This document shows positions 12,261-26,051 of a stretch of 64,000 nucleotides of DNA, piece after piece. Position 1 is the first letter of the stretch, and every line of letters starts with the position of its first letter. The stretch is from Nageia nagi. Taxonomy: Eukaryota; Plantae; Pinophyta. A program made the position numbers and the translations under genes. Under the pieces are notes generated by a model, which was not told the origin of the DNA, did no database searches, and worked only from the letters and a program-made list of their open reading frames with translations. The DNA lies in assembly GCA_050084985.1 (NCBI GenBank), contig JBITNC010000001.1, positions 204,476,001 to 204,540,000 of the forward strand, read 5' to 3'.

Positions 12261-12750
12261 AATTGTTATTGGGATATGGTCTCTTGTTTGAGATTTTTTT
12301 GTTGTGCCAACATAGTAGATTACTTAGTCTTACTTTTAGGTATCATGTCTTGGAGTTGTTATGGAATTTTAACTACAAGTCAAGCTTGAGAGTGTTTGAT
12401 CTAGTTCATTCTATCCTTCATGTCTAAGATAAGAGCTTATGTATTTTTCAAATAGTATTTAGATTATAACTTGGAGATGTGTTTTTCTAGTTGTGTGGTT
12501 CACTTAGTTTGAGTGGCTATAGAATTTTATTTTTATTGAATTGTTAGAGAGAGGTTAGAGACTAGTAATTCAAGCTAGTTGATTTCAAATTTGAATAACT
12601 TTTCAATACGATCCATTCCATCCATGATAAGATATGTAATTCTCGAAGTGAGTTCTTATTATAATAAATAAATTAATACATAACGAAGAGGAAGGGAGTA
12701 AGGAAAAACCTAAGTCATTAAAATTTAAACCCTAAGTAATTTTTAAATTA

Positions 12751-13748
12751 TGTTGAAGCTCACTAGTAGGCTAAGCATTATCAATATGAAAAGGGTTAGT
12801 TTCTTTTTTGAGGTTGACTAGTAGTTATGTACTAGTAGTGGTTGACTAGTAGTTGTTGACAAGTTGATATTAATTTCAACCTAGAATCAATCGTATCTCC
12901 CTCTCATCTATTATCCATTATTTTTTACCTTGCCTATTTAAGAAAGGAACCTTTCATTGATACATAAGTAATCAATTCATTATCTATCTTATTATTTTTG
13001 TGTGATTTACTTCATCTCTCATTTCTTGGGTGTGGAATGTTCTTTTTCTTTTATTATCATTGATATTCCTTACATGGTATCATATAATTAGAGATGTTTG
13101 GAGCTTATCCTCATATCCATTTGTATGTGAGTTGAAAGAATCAAATCTACATGTGAGATAAGTCCTAGATCTGCATGTGAGACAAATCTAGGTCACTTTT
13201 GGAGTTTTTCTCCTATGATGTTGTGTGGTGTCTTCATCGGTTATGAATAATCTACTTTACCTTGACCTATTGGTATTTTATGGTGGATATTTGCTCTTAT
13301 TTAGAGAATAATGTATTTTGATTACAACCTTTGGAGAGTTATGATGCCTCCTATTGGATATATTACATTCTTATATACTATTATGGATAACACTTAGTCT
13401 TAGACTATGAGATCTATGCTTGTGATCTTCATATTTGAACTTTGTTTTCCCTAGTTGATGATGTCTACTATAATAATGATCTATATTCCTTATTTATAAA
13501 TGTTGTTTTCTTATTGCTATAACTTGGGATCTTCTCTGATACTATTCTCAACTTATTATATGATCATGGTGTGTTCATTCTGATCATATCTAATGATGTT
13601 TCCCTTGGATTATGGTGTTTCACTTTGGACTTCACTATTTCTCCATCCTATTGTTGTATATTCTAATGTACTAGTATTTGACCCTTATATCCTCATAATG
13701 ATGTTCCACACCTCCTATTGACCTTTGATCTCATTTTTTACATCTTAG
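12751..13748 (+). mobile_element. Element C: short copia-like 5' LTR (12751-13074) with PBS and non-coding internal remnant, cut by element D
   Basis: tgttga...ttaca followed by tggtatca (13075-13082); TATA-like cctatttaa near 12933; partner LTR not found. Confidence 0.55.
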
Positions 13749-14682
13749 TGTAGACACCCAAAAATGACCCCTCTTTCAAAATTCAAAAGAAGGATACAAA
13801 AAATAAAGCATTATTATGAAAGTTATAATAAATGCCAAACACTAGCATCCAACATGGAATGTTGGTGAATCAAACCAAACACTAGCATTCGATACCTAAA
13901 TATCAATGACTATGATTGGTAAAATCAAAATAAGAAGGGTAAGTTGTTAAATGAATTCTCCAAAAGGCTATGGATCAAGGATGACTCATCACCAATCCTA
14001 CATGTTTGAGCTTTGGATCATCACCATGACAAGACTGGATAAGTTTTTTTATCTTTCCTTTTATCTCCAAAATAGAAATTTTTCTAGTTTTGTTAATCTA
14101 TAAATAAAACCTTCAACATTGAAGAATGAGACCCAAATTCAAAGTAAATGAACTTTGTTGAAATTCATCTAGAACCTTAGTGAGTAAAGTACTTTAGTTT
14201 CATGCTTTTATGTGTTCATTTAGTTTTGATATCATATTTTTTCAAGTGAAAAGGTATGTTTAATGTGTTTATCATTCACATGTATGCAAGGTCCACAAGT
14301 GTTGAACAACGAAACTATTGAGAACATTTAGATGGTGAAGATTAAATACTATTTGCAATTTTACAAGGGAAAGAATGAGAGCTTGTATCTATTGATACAA
14401 AAATTCCAATGATTGAATGTCGAACATCAACAACCAATATCAACCATCAAAAAATACACAACAACCAATATCAACCATCAAAAAATACAATAGGATACTA
14501 AATAATATGCAAGTAGTCATAGAGGCCCAAAAACCCATTATGTAAAAGCCCTTATGAGAAGGCACAACAAATATAGAGATTCGTAATTGTACATTTGAGG
14601 TCTACTCAAGAGAAATAAAGCACATATTTGCTTTAATATCATTTATTTTATTTTCTAACAAGGTTACTTTTTAGGTAATACA
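13749..14682 (+). repeat. Element D 5' LTR
   Basis: TG...CA with internal tataaata near 14099, immediately followed by a PBS-like sequence. Confidence 0.75.
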
Positions 14683-15727
14683 TTCTGGTGCTAGAAGGAG
14701 GGCCCCTCGTATGTAGATAATATCGATGAAAAAATGCAATGGGTTTTCCAAGGTTTTTATTATTATTTACTTAGTTTGTATCTTGTGGTTTTGAGTTTGA
14801 TTATGGTTTGTTTTTTATATGTTTTTCTAGGTCCAAGTTATAGAATCGCTAGTAATTGGGTATCAGATGTTGACAACTAGATAAGGACATCAACAATTAG
14901 GTGGGATACCAATGATTAAGGATAGGGATGGCTTTTCTAATTCTCATCAATACAACAAGTGCAATGTAGGAACTAAGGATGAGAATCAAGAATGAACCCC
15001 TTGTTTGTGATCCCTTTGCTTATAGTGCATATAAGAAAGGGTAGTTAATATTAATGATAAAAATGAATTAGTTTAATATTCTTGTTGTTTAGTTTTGAAA
15101 TGTTCAATTTACTTGTTTGTTGAGTAGGGATCATACAAAGCAAAACAATTCACTTAATATTTTTTTCTACCTCATCCATCTATGCTCTTTCTTTATGCTA
15201 AAAAGTGATTTGAGGTGACCAAAATGGATTGGATAGTAAAAGGGTAAATAAACCTTTATTTTTTCTTATTGTCATATTAATTAGGTAAATAAATCTATAC
15301 TAAGTTACTGTTCATTGAATGACTATAAAATGGGGGCTATACTTGAATTTAATCATCAAGATAGTTCTTTATGGTATCCCTTGAACCCTATTGCACTATG
15401 GGGATCATTTTAAGTACCAAGAAGTTACTTAGCCATAGATAGCCTAGTAGGATTACTAAGCTACCTTGATTTAACACTTGACTAGAAAAAACATTTTAAG
15501 AAAACTAAAAAGATTAAAACATACAATTCACATTGCTCATGTCAAAAGATTAATCAAATATGCCAAAAACATAATCACATAAAGAACATAAGTATTCATT
15601 TAGGTTATTTATGCATTAAATTATTTTCTCATAAATATAAACTCAAAAGATAAAAATAGAATTTATATGTTCAATGTTTGCTTTCTTTTTATAGTTTGTT
15701 AAAACAAAAAACAAAAAAAAAGAGAGA

Positions 15728-18700
15728 ATGGTTCACAACTATTCTCAAAAAGCTCGTTAGGAACAAGAACCATATTATGGATACTATTTAGAAGAATGAG
15801 AAAGTCATAGGTCTAGTAGGAATCATTTGAGAATTGAAACTCATCAAAATACAAATCTTGAAGTTTATTCAAATCCTTTTGATGATGATTTAAATGCAGT
15901 CAAACAATGTCTAACATAGTTAAGAATTCCTCATTCTTTGCATGCTCATAGTATTCCTCTAGATTTAAAATATTTAAGAGAGGATAAATAAGCAACCAAC
16001 AACATAGAAGAGAATGAAGAAGGGAACATACCTCTCTCACAAGCTTGTTTAACTAACCTTGTTTTTCAAAGAGGCCCTTATAAAATAAAGTATAATCATG
16101 TCACATGATACCTACTAGATGGATGTTTAGTTCAATCATAGTTAAAAAGAGATAATTATAATCCTTCCATAATATATAAACAAATAGAAGAATTCGATAA
16201 CTGAATCTCTATACATATAGCTACTCCAATGTCAGAGTTAAGAGATCGCTTCAAAGTATATGACAATCCTCTTCATGTTTTAAATTCAATAATTCCAACT
16301 CCTTTTTCAATCCATATAACAAATAAAGTGTGATATAAAGTCTAAGCATGACCTAAAAAAGTTTAATTTATGAGAAATACCTCCCCATGTGCTTGGGAAA
16401 GAGTTTCCACCTCAAAATAATATGCAAAAATAACAAGGGTTGGAGATTTATGATCAAGGGGTGCAACAAAATAAAAAACCTATTAGGCTTACTGAACAAC
16501 AACAACTACATGCATAACCAATATTAATTTAAATCAAAATAAAATACCAACAATGTACCATAACGAGAAAAATATCCAAAACCAACATGGACATGATCAA
16601 ATGTTAGGTATATATAGAAAATGATAACTCAAAGTGTGATATTTATCACCACATGGTCATGGAGAGTATAGATATCAAGATACTTATCTACGTAATAAAA
16701 AATAAGTTTCACTTAGAAATTGATAAAATGAACCTCAAAAATATCATTTTCCTCCACATAAAGATAAGGGACAACCATACTACCCTTCTAGATAACAATT
16801 ACCTCTATGAGCATCCCATCAATCTCCACCTCCATCTCAACCATATGATGGGGTTTATTATGATGCTAAGACACATTTTGAACATAGGTATGAACCATTC
16901 TTAGAATATGAAGAAAGATTATATCCTAGGAATGAAAAATATCTTATGTACCTTCAAAATCAACTAGAAGAAAATGATGACTTTCGTAGAAGGTTAAAGG
17001 AAATTGAAAGAGAATTGCACATATAGTATAAATAAAAGGTATTGTACAAAACAATTTGTAATGAACCTATTCATGTTAGGATCCCCAAAAAAGAGATTCA
17101 TTTTAAATTTTAAATTCCAAAAATTAAACTATTTAAAGGAAAGGAAGATCTGAAAGAACATCTCAAACAATTTAAATATTCAAGTTATATCATTACTAAT
17201 GATGATGTACTAATGCTATGTATCTTTCCTATGATGTTTACTGGTCAAGAAATGGATTGGTACAACAACGTAACATAATATAACATCAATTCATATTCTT
17301 AATTAGCAAATTTGTTCTTGAAATACTTTAGGATCAATATTAAAGATAAAACTTTCATCATTGATCTTACAAGATTACAACAATTTTCAGATGAATCGAT
17401 CATTTATTTCATCTCAATATGGAGAGTAATATGGACAAGCATGCCTTATACTCTACCTCAATAGGAGTTAGTTAAGATGTTTAGTCAAAGTTATTTAAGG
17501 CCTATCGCTAGTACCATGTTAATACAACTACATAAGACCTTTGAAGAAGCCATTTATTAGGATGTTATAATCGAAAAGGTTAAAATCCAATATGGTGAGA
17601 TAAAAATTAAGAAAAGGGAACCTTATGTTGAAAACAAAAATCAAATAGAATAAACATGTAAACTGTTACGAACCAATAAAGTTTCTATTGCTAAATAGGT
17701 GGAATCGTATCCTCCACAAAATGAGGAAAATGATTCTAGACCTAAAAGAAAGTTCACAACCTTGTCAGAATCACTCTATGATATTCTAAGGAAACTATGT
17801 GATCATAAATTAATTATTATACTATATATAAGACCGAAATACCCTAAAGCTAAAGAAAGCAGATGGTATAATGAGAATGAATTTTGCCATTACCATCATC
17901 AAAAGGGAAAAGATATGGATAAATGTAAGAAATTAAAATGCAAGATTCAAGATTTGATTGACAATGAAAAATTAGAAGTTTATAATCCTATGGTTATCCC
18001 AAACTAAAACTTAGGAATCTGTAAAAATCCTCTCCCTCAACATCAAGCTACTAATATCTCATTGCATCGACTTGAGAACCAAGTAACATATAACTAAATT
18101 TATTATAATTCAACCTTCACAGGAATGATTAATATTACTACAAGAGCTCAAAAGGTACAAGGAAGATAAAATATCATTCAAGATAACCAACAAGATGAGG
18201 TTTATGTGCAACCACACATACCTAAGCCACAACCTCCTAAAGTATCTATGAAGGGATCTTTACATCATTAATTATAAAAGTCACAATTAAAAATATGTCT
18301 ATTTGAATTATTACAACAATCCAAGAACCATAGAGATGTAATGAATCAATTATTACAAATGATTAAACTGGATATAAATGATCTTGAAAGCTTTGTATCT
18401 TTGGTAGGAAATATTAAAACAAGTAAACAACCTATTATTATTTTCTATGATCATGAAGTTAAACATTCAAATGGGGCACATGGTCTAGATCTACCTTTGT
18501 ACATTATAACTAAGGTAGATGGAATAACTTTTAAGAGAATATTAATCGATAAAGGTTCAAATATAAATATTATTTCATTGACTACATATAAGAATTTAAA
18601 CCTTCATTTATCACATATTTATGCACCATAGCTACAACTAAAGGTCTTTAATGATGCTTTGTGCTCAATAATGGGATCAATCTCATTTCTCATTACTGTA

Positions 18701-21700
18701 GGGTCTAAAATAGTGCAAAAATTATTACAAGTTATTGAAGGAGATATCACACATTATAATATCCTTTTAAGGAGGCCTTGGATTAGGAATATGCAATGTA
18801 TTCTATAAAAATATCATATTTTTTTAAAGTGTATTCATAAGGGTGTAGTACATTGTGTACTTGGAGATGAAAACCCATATTTACATTGCAATAGTACTCA
18901 TTTACGTAATGATGTAGCTCTACCATCTCTTCATTACTTTACAACACCAATTCCAACAAAAGGACCATTGATTGCTAGTATGGGTAAGAATAATTCCACA
19001 TCCTTAAGTACTTCAAAACAAAAATATGATATCAATAAAGAGTTATCCAATACTAAACCAAAGGTCAAAATAATTCGTAACTAAATATAGAACCCACACC
19101 AAAAGAAGGACATTCTTGAGAAGAAAAAGCATGCAAGTTAGATGAATTAAGTAAAGTTTCTTCATCAAAAATTCTATCTCTAATTGATACTTTAGCAAAA
19201 AGTGATGACTGTAAATAAAGTGATAAGACATCAAACATTTACACAGTAATAATAAAATTGATGGATTTAGGTATAGGAGAATTCAAAATTGATGATTTGA
19301 TCTTTAACATTCCCTTTGTCTAGGATGTGGGAAGACCTAAAGAATATCCTTATAATGGGGAAATTGATACCTTTAGGAAAAGCTCCTGATCAAACTCTTT
19401 TCCTCTATTTAGGCTTTATAGAACCACCTTTGATTTCTCTACCTAAACCATGTGAAGGAGTTATTTGTAATTCATTAGAATATTTATCACCTTATGTGAG
19501 ATCATTTGTCCAAATATATTTTAATAGATGTTAATGGAAGGGACAAGGTTTAGGTGAGATCATTTGTCCAAATATATTTTAATAGATGTTAGTATACAAT
19601 TGATATCCACTATCAACTACCAACTGACAAAATAAGATTGGGTTACAATGGTAAGAATAAAAAAGAACCTCATCATAAAATAGTCAAAATAGAATAAGAA
19701 AATCTTGAATATGAGGAACCATATGAAGACTTCAAATGGATATCAAATCAAGATAATCCAAAATTTGAAGTGTTAATATTGGAAAATTTATTCTCTAACA
19801 TTATTTCAATTAACATGGTTCAAATTGAATAAATATTTGATTCATTTCTAGAATGGATATCTTTTAACTAGATATCTTTTAACTGGAGTGATGAGTTTGA
19901 ACTATTAAGTCCATCAAACTTGAGTAGTTCTTCATCATACTTCATGGTAGATGAAGATACCACAAATTTTACACTCATTTCCAAATGAACCAGAATACAA
20001 GAGTTCAAATATATAGATTTTATACTTCAAACCTCTAAACTCACAATAAATATGACCTTATATGATCAAGATTTAGGTGAATATGAGGAATACAACCAAA
20101 ATGATAAAAATTGGATTCTAGTACCAGTTCAATTGGAAGAAGCATCTCATATGTTAATTGAAGAAACTATAGATGTAGATTTAAGTGATGACCCTAACAA
20201 CCCAAAGATTATTCAATTAAGAAAATCACTAAACAAGGATGAGATATTAGAATTTGTATCTATACTTAAAGAAAAATAAAAGATATTTGCATGGTCATAT
20301 ACTAATATGTCGAGATTAGTTTTAAACCTAGTGGTGCATAATTTGGGTATAAAGGAGGATGCTAAGCTAGTTAAGCAAGAGTTACACAAAGTGCATCCCA
20401 TGAAAGCCTTAATGATAAAAGAGGAACTACAAAAACTCTTAGAAGAAAAATTCATACACTCCATCAATTACTTTTATTGGATTTCCAACATGGTGCTAAT
20501 TAAAAAATCTAATGGGAAGATTCCCATATGCATAAATTTTAGAGAGTTAAATAGAGCTTACCCTAAGGATGATTTTCCATTGCCAAATATTGATAATTTA
20601 GTTGATTCTACCACTAGACATGAAATTTTATCTCTCATGGATAGACTTTTAGTGTATAATCAAATAAAAGTAACATCAAAAGATCAATCAATATAAAATA
20701 ACCTACATAACATCTTAGGGAACCTTTTGTTATAAAGTAATACCCTTTGGACTAAAGAATATAGGAGCTACTTACCAATGCATAATGATATATATTTTTC
20801 ATGATAACAAACATGATATTGTGGAAGATTATGTAGATGATGTATTGGCCAAATGTAAAACTAGAGAAGACCATACAAAGGTACTCGTGAAGATATTCGA
20901 TAGATTATTGGAACATAATATTTGACTAAATCCCAAGAAATGTATTTTTGGGGTCACTTTAAGAAAATTATTAGGTTTTATTATTTCTAGGTGAGGAATT
21001 TAAGTAGACCCTAATATGATAAAAGTAACAGTGAGTATGCCCCCCTTCAAATATAAAATAATTACAAAGCCTACAAGGCAAATTACAAGCTATAAGACAC
21101 TTTATATCATAATTATCAGATAAGTGCAAATATTTTAACAATTTGTTAAAAAGAGGATTACATTACATTGTGAAAATGAATAACAAGAAGTGTTTTAAAA
21201 ATTTAAATGTTACCTTTTATCACCTCTGATTTTAGTTCCACCTGAGGAAGAGGAGCCATTCCTACTCTACACATTGATTACAAAATCTACACTAGGAACC
21301 ATGCTTGCTCAAAAGAATAAAAACAATAAGGGGAAATATATATATTATTTCATTTGAACCTTGGTTGGTTATGAAATTAAACATGTATATGGGAAATCTA
21401 TGTTTAATAGTAGTAATCGTAACAAAGAAGATTAGACATTACATGTTGAACCATAGTATTTACATAATTGCTAAAGTAGATCCATTAAATTATATGATGA
21501 AAAAAACCTATCAAAATATAAGAATATCTAAATGAATTATGCATATAATAGAATTTGATCTATAATTCATAAGTCAAAAATTAATTAAATGTTAATTCAT
21601 AGCTGATTATATTAAGGAAGCACCACTACACAAAAATAGACCGCTTATCATCAAATTACCAAATGAACATGTTTTCCAATTAAATAAGATAAAAAATTTC

Positions 21701-23484
21701 ATTGATTTTGAAGAATAATAAGATATAAGAATCTATTTTGATGGATATTGATGTGAAAAAAGTGGAGCTGCTAGTGTTGTATTCGTAACACCATAAGGAG
21801 TTCCCATACCATATTCTTTCAAACTTAACTTTTCATGTTCAAATAACAACATTGAATATGAAGCCTTAATATTATCTATAAAGATCATCATAAAATTAAA
21901 GCTAATAAAAATCAAATTTATAGATGATTTGTTGATAATTGTAAATTAGGTTAAAGGGATTTTCCAATGTAAAGAACCTTTACTCCAAAAATATAAAAAG
22001 TTGGTGGATACACTATTAAAGTCATTCAAAAAATATGACCTAGAGGTGGTACCAAGATCAACCAATAGGTTTGTTGATGCTATGGCTTCAATTGTATCTT
22101 TAATACCTAAAAACCTTAATCAATAAATAATTCACATTGAAATAATACAAATCACCCAATCTTCATTAGAGATGGATGGAGTGAAAAATATAGTTCTTGA
22201 CATTACAATGAAAGATAAAAACTTATGGCATATCCAACTAGTTAAATTCTTGAGAGATGGAGTCTTACCTATCATTTTAACAAAATCATCTAGGAAGGAA
22301 TTCAAATTAAAAGCTTATCATTATTATATATTAGGATATGTTCTTTATTGAAGGGGATTTGATAGGACATTACTATGATTCCTAGAATGGGTAGATTTGT
22401 AAATTGCAATTTCATATGCACATGATGGAATATGCAAAGGACATTTTAGTGGTCCTATAATCACAAAATGATTAATATGCATGGGCTATTATTGACCTAC
22501 TATGGAATGTGATTGTATCAAATACATTAAAAATTGCTTCAAATATCAATAATATTCTAATTTATATAACCAACCATTGTAAGCATTACAATCCATGCAA
22601 TCTCTATGACCATTCTCGAGATGGGAACTAGATATTATAGGATAGATATCTCTTAGTTCCTTAGGTGGTCATAAATTTATAATAACAACTATTAAATATT
22701 TCATAGAATGGGTTGAATCTATTCCTATGATCTCCACAAAAGGATAAAAAATAACAAAATTTATAGAACATCATATCATTTGATATTTTTAAATCCCTAC
22801 TCAAATCATTACAAACAACGAAAAGAATTTTAAAAACAAGGAAGTACTAGCCTTATGTAAAGGATACCATATTAGAATTAGCTTTTCAACTCCTTATTAC
22901 CCTCAAGGGAATGGACAAGCTAAGGCCACAAACAAAATTATTCAGAGTATTCTACTTAAAATAGTTAAAAATTCTCATAAAGATTGGCATGCAAGAATCC
23001 CACATGCTTTATGGGCTTATCACACTAGCATTAGAAATCCTATAGGGGAAACCCCATTTTCTCTAGTTTATGATGCAAAAGTAGTATTTCCCTTAGATAT
23101 CGAAATTCCATATTTACGAGTTGCTTTATAAGATTACATTACAAATGAGGCAGCTCACCAAATATGATTAGATCAATTATTATTATTATATTAAAGATGA
23201 ATTCATGCACTAGAACATATGTGTACTTATCAAAATCATATTAAAAGAGCTTTTGACAAAAGGGATAAAATTCATGAATTCAACATAGGAGATTTAATAC
23301 TTACAAAAAATTAAAAAACTTCATGAATGGAATGATAACTTTATAATAAATTTGCCTCTAATTGGTTAGGACCTTATATAATCAAAGAAGATTTGGTTTA
23401 AGAGCATATCACTTAGTTGACATGGAAGAAAAAAAGGAGCGTGATCTAATAAACATCACGCATCTTCATCCCTTTTATAGTTAA
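15728..23484 (+). pseudogene. Decayed gag-pol of Tat/Ogre element D
   Basis: Gag PKIKLFKGKED ~17115; PR RILIDKGSNINII ~18535; G-patch-like KGQGLG ~19540; RT PKDDFPLPNIDNLVD ~20560 and YVDD ~20830; second (archaeal-type) RNase H YFDG ~21735; INT STPYYPQGNGQA ~22885; ends HLHPFYS*. Confidence 0.92.
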
Positions 23485-24316
23485 ATTTGCTTTATATTAT
23501 TTGTATATATTATAAATATATAGTTAAATATATTAAAAGTTATACAATTAACTCATAAAAATAAATGTATTTAATAGATGGAAACCAAAAGGAACAAGAG
23601 TGTTCACATTTTATTGGAAAGAAGAGAAATACAACAAATATCAAGGTTTAAAAGGCCTAGCTATTTGGGGGATAGAGCTATATCTAGACTTACAGAATTT
23701 ACTTTTCAAGGATCACAAAATTTTCTTTGATTACCTATCAACATACAAAGAGATTTAGCCTTGAATAATTATCTAGGTAAATTTTATGGATGAAAAATCT
23801 ATGTTAAAGGAGATTATATTGATATTTACATAGATAGGGATGTGTATTTCTTAGGTTTTTGATATACTTATATCAACCTACTGCAATGCCTAGAATTATA
23901 CTAGATTGTACTTTCAATGATTGGGTTTTAGAAATTACATCTCAAAATTCACAAAGTATTCATCCAAGTCTAAGTTGGATGAATCAACTTGTAGGAGATC
24001 TATGTCATCAAAATTTAATATATGATTTTTCTTATATGTTTATCCCAAACCAAGGAAATCAAGAAGAGTTAAATGAAATATTAATCAATGATTTTTTTTT
24101 ATAAGGTTAAATTGGAAGGGGTTTTTTTGATAGGAACCCACTTGTAAGAAACAAATTTGGCTCATCATCCTTCCCTATTTATTTATATAGTTTTGAATGT
24201 GAGAGAATCATGGTAATCCACAAGCCAGATACCAATTACAATCATTTCTATGTCTAGTACAAAGCTAGTTCTAACATGCAAAGAGTATCAACTATGAAAT
24301 TCATGGTGAAACTTTC

Positions 24317-25708
24317 TTATTTTAGGAGTCTAATTCTTGTTGAGTTTGAGGATAAAACCTCACCCAAAACCAAGGAATCCTATTTACCATCATCAATATA
24401 TTTAGCAGTTTCCTTTTCTCTTACCTTCCCATTATTTGGTCTTCCCATGTCACATTGGCCTACATCCATTCTTTTTGACATGCTTTTGGTGACTCTATGA
24501 TCCTCTCTAATTAGGATTATTTCTTTTGGATCAATCTAATGCCCCTTGGCCACCAATAAAATTAACTTACCTTTCTTCATAGTCATCTTTATGACCAACT
24601 CCTTAGGTTCTTGATTTATTGACTAAGTCTCCCTAGTGCTTTTAGCTTTAGCTATCTATGAGATAAAAGATCCTCCTTATTCTTGGTTCACTAAATTTGT
24701 ATCATTTATGCTTTCAACTATATTTAGTAGTGGTCCAAAGGCAACCTAAATTGCATTAGGATCACTATCCATCAAAAAGTCTTTCTTCTAATCCTGATCC
24801 TCATGCTTTCTTTTCAATCTTCATTCCTTTTTCTCTATGGAGATTTTGGATGGACATGTTTCTTTGTTATGTCCAACTTGGGTGCAAATATGACAAAGGT
24901 AATAATTTTGCTCATACTTGATCCATTGATCATGCTCTCCCATCTTTGATTTGAGTAAAATATTGGTTATAAGTTTGGTTCCAAAATCCACCACAACATA
25001 GATTCTAGCTACCATGAGTTTGGTGCATGCTTTTGTAACTAAGTCTACAGTGATAAACTTACCAAAAATATTTGTTATTCCTTCGTAGACCCTCTGATTC
25101 TAAAATTTCACCAGTAGCCTTGGGAGAGTCAACCAAATTGGAGCTACCATTATTTGAGTCTTTTTTAGATCAAAGACTAGATACCATTTCTATAGAATCA
25201 TGCCTCTCTTTTTGAAGAACCATGGTATGCTCAAGAATTGGTTTGTATCCTTTTTTGATGAGAACATAATGAATTCATTTGGCATGGCTGCGACTTCCAC
25301 CTTAGATTTCACCTTCCATTGTGAATTTACCCATACCCATATGAGATCAATATTTGATTTCATTCCATGTATTTTTCTCATTAGACTTAGTCAACCTCTT
25401 TCTTCTTCTTATGTGATTGTATTATTCAAGATTATTAGAGAAATTTTATCCCTAATTAATTTGGTTTGTAAAGGAGGAATCTCCTACTCTTGATGCATCT
25501 CTCCATGGGAAAGATTCCATAATTTGTTGATAGATTCCATAATCCTTGCCCCAAATGCAAAGTTATACCTGGTAACACCTAAGGAGAATGCTAAAGCCAA
25601 AGAGGAGAGAAACTTACCTGAAAAAATTATGATACTTAGATTTTGTGCAAATCTGTCATCCTCGCCTTCGCTTCTATTTCCCTATGATTCTCCTTCTTCT
25701 TCACCCAT
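24317..25708 (-). pseudogene. Plant L1 ORF1 (DUF4283 + CX2CX4HX4C zinc knuckle), decayed
   Basis: WVNSQWK...PWFFKKRGMIL.KW...APIWLTLPRL...FG.FITVD...ARIYVVVD...CHICTQVGHNKETCP, then C-terminal GRPNNGKVREKE; several stops. Confidence 0.85.
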
Positions 25709-25884
25709 GTATATGCTTTGTAAATTCTATAAGTTTAGGGTAAACTTTTGAAGATTATATATCCATGTACGTGTAATGGGGAGTCCTATAACCTACTATG
25801 TAGGAAACCTTAGTCAACCTCTACTAACACCTTGGGATTTGCCACTTCCTTTATTACCCCTCCACATGAGTATAGTTTCCCCTA

Positions 25885-25956
25885 TTGGCTTATGGGATTG
25901 GAGCTCATGACCTCCCAAAGGGAGACCAGGAGACCTTACCACTACACTAATGCCTC
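25885..25956 (-). other. tRNA-derived (SINE-like) head with A/B-box remnants
   Basis: Minus strand GAGGCAT-TA-GTGTAGTGGTAAGGTC-T-CCTGG-TCTCCCT-TTGGG-AGGTC-ATGAG-CTCCAAT-CCCAT-AAGCCAA. A box TAGTGTAGTGG, AGGTC variable loop at 44-48, T-arm at canonical 49-65. Confidence 0.7.
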
Positions 25957-26051
25957 ATAATTTATTAATGATTTTATCGATTGAATTTAATGTTTCTTCT
26001 CTCTTCTTTTCGTAACAATCAAGAGAAAATCTTGATAATGAAAAAATTAGA

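Larger units (their letters stand above)
24092..25959 (-). mobile_element. Non-LTR retroposon: tRNA-derived head + L1-type ORF1 + poly(A), no ORF2
   Basis: T9 at 24092-24100 (poly(A) on minus). TSD-like attaatcaatgatttt (24080-24095) / atttattaatgatttt (25960-25975), 14/16 match. ORF1 remnant inside; tRNA-like 72 nt at the 5' end. Confidence 0.8.

Noticed and set aside
25885-25956. Functional tRNA gene
   Set aside because: Acceptor and D stems are mismatched and the T-loop reads CTCCAAT. It is the head of a retroposon; the anticodon is not assigned.
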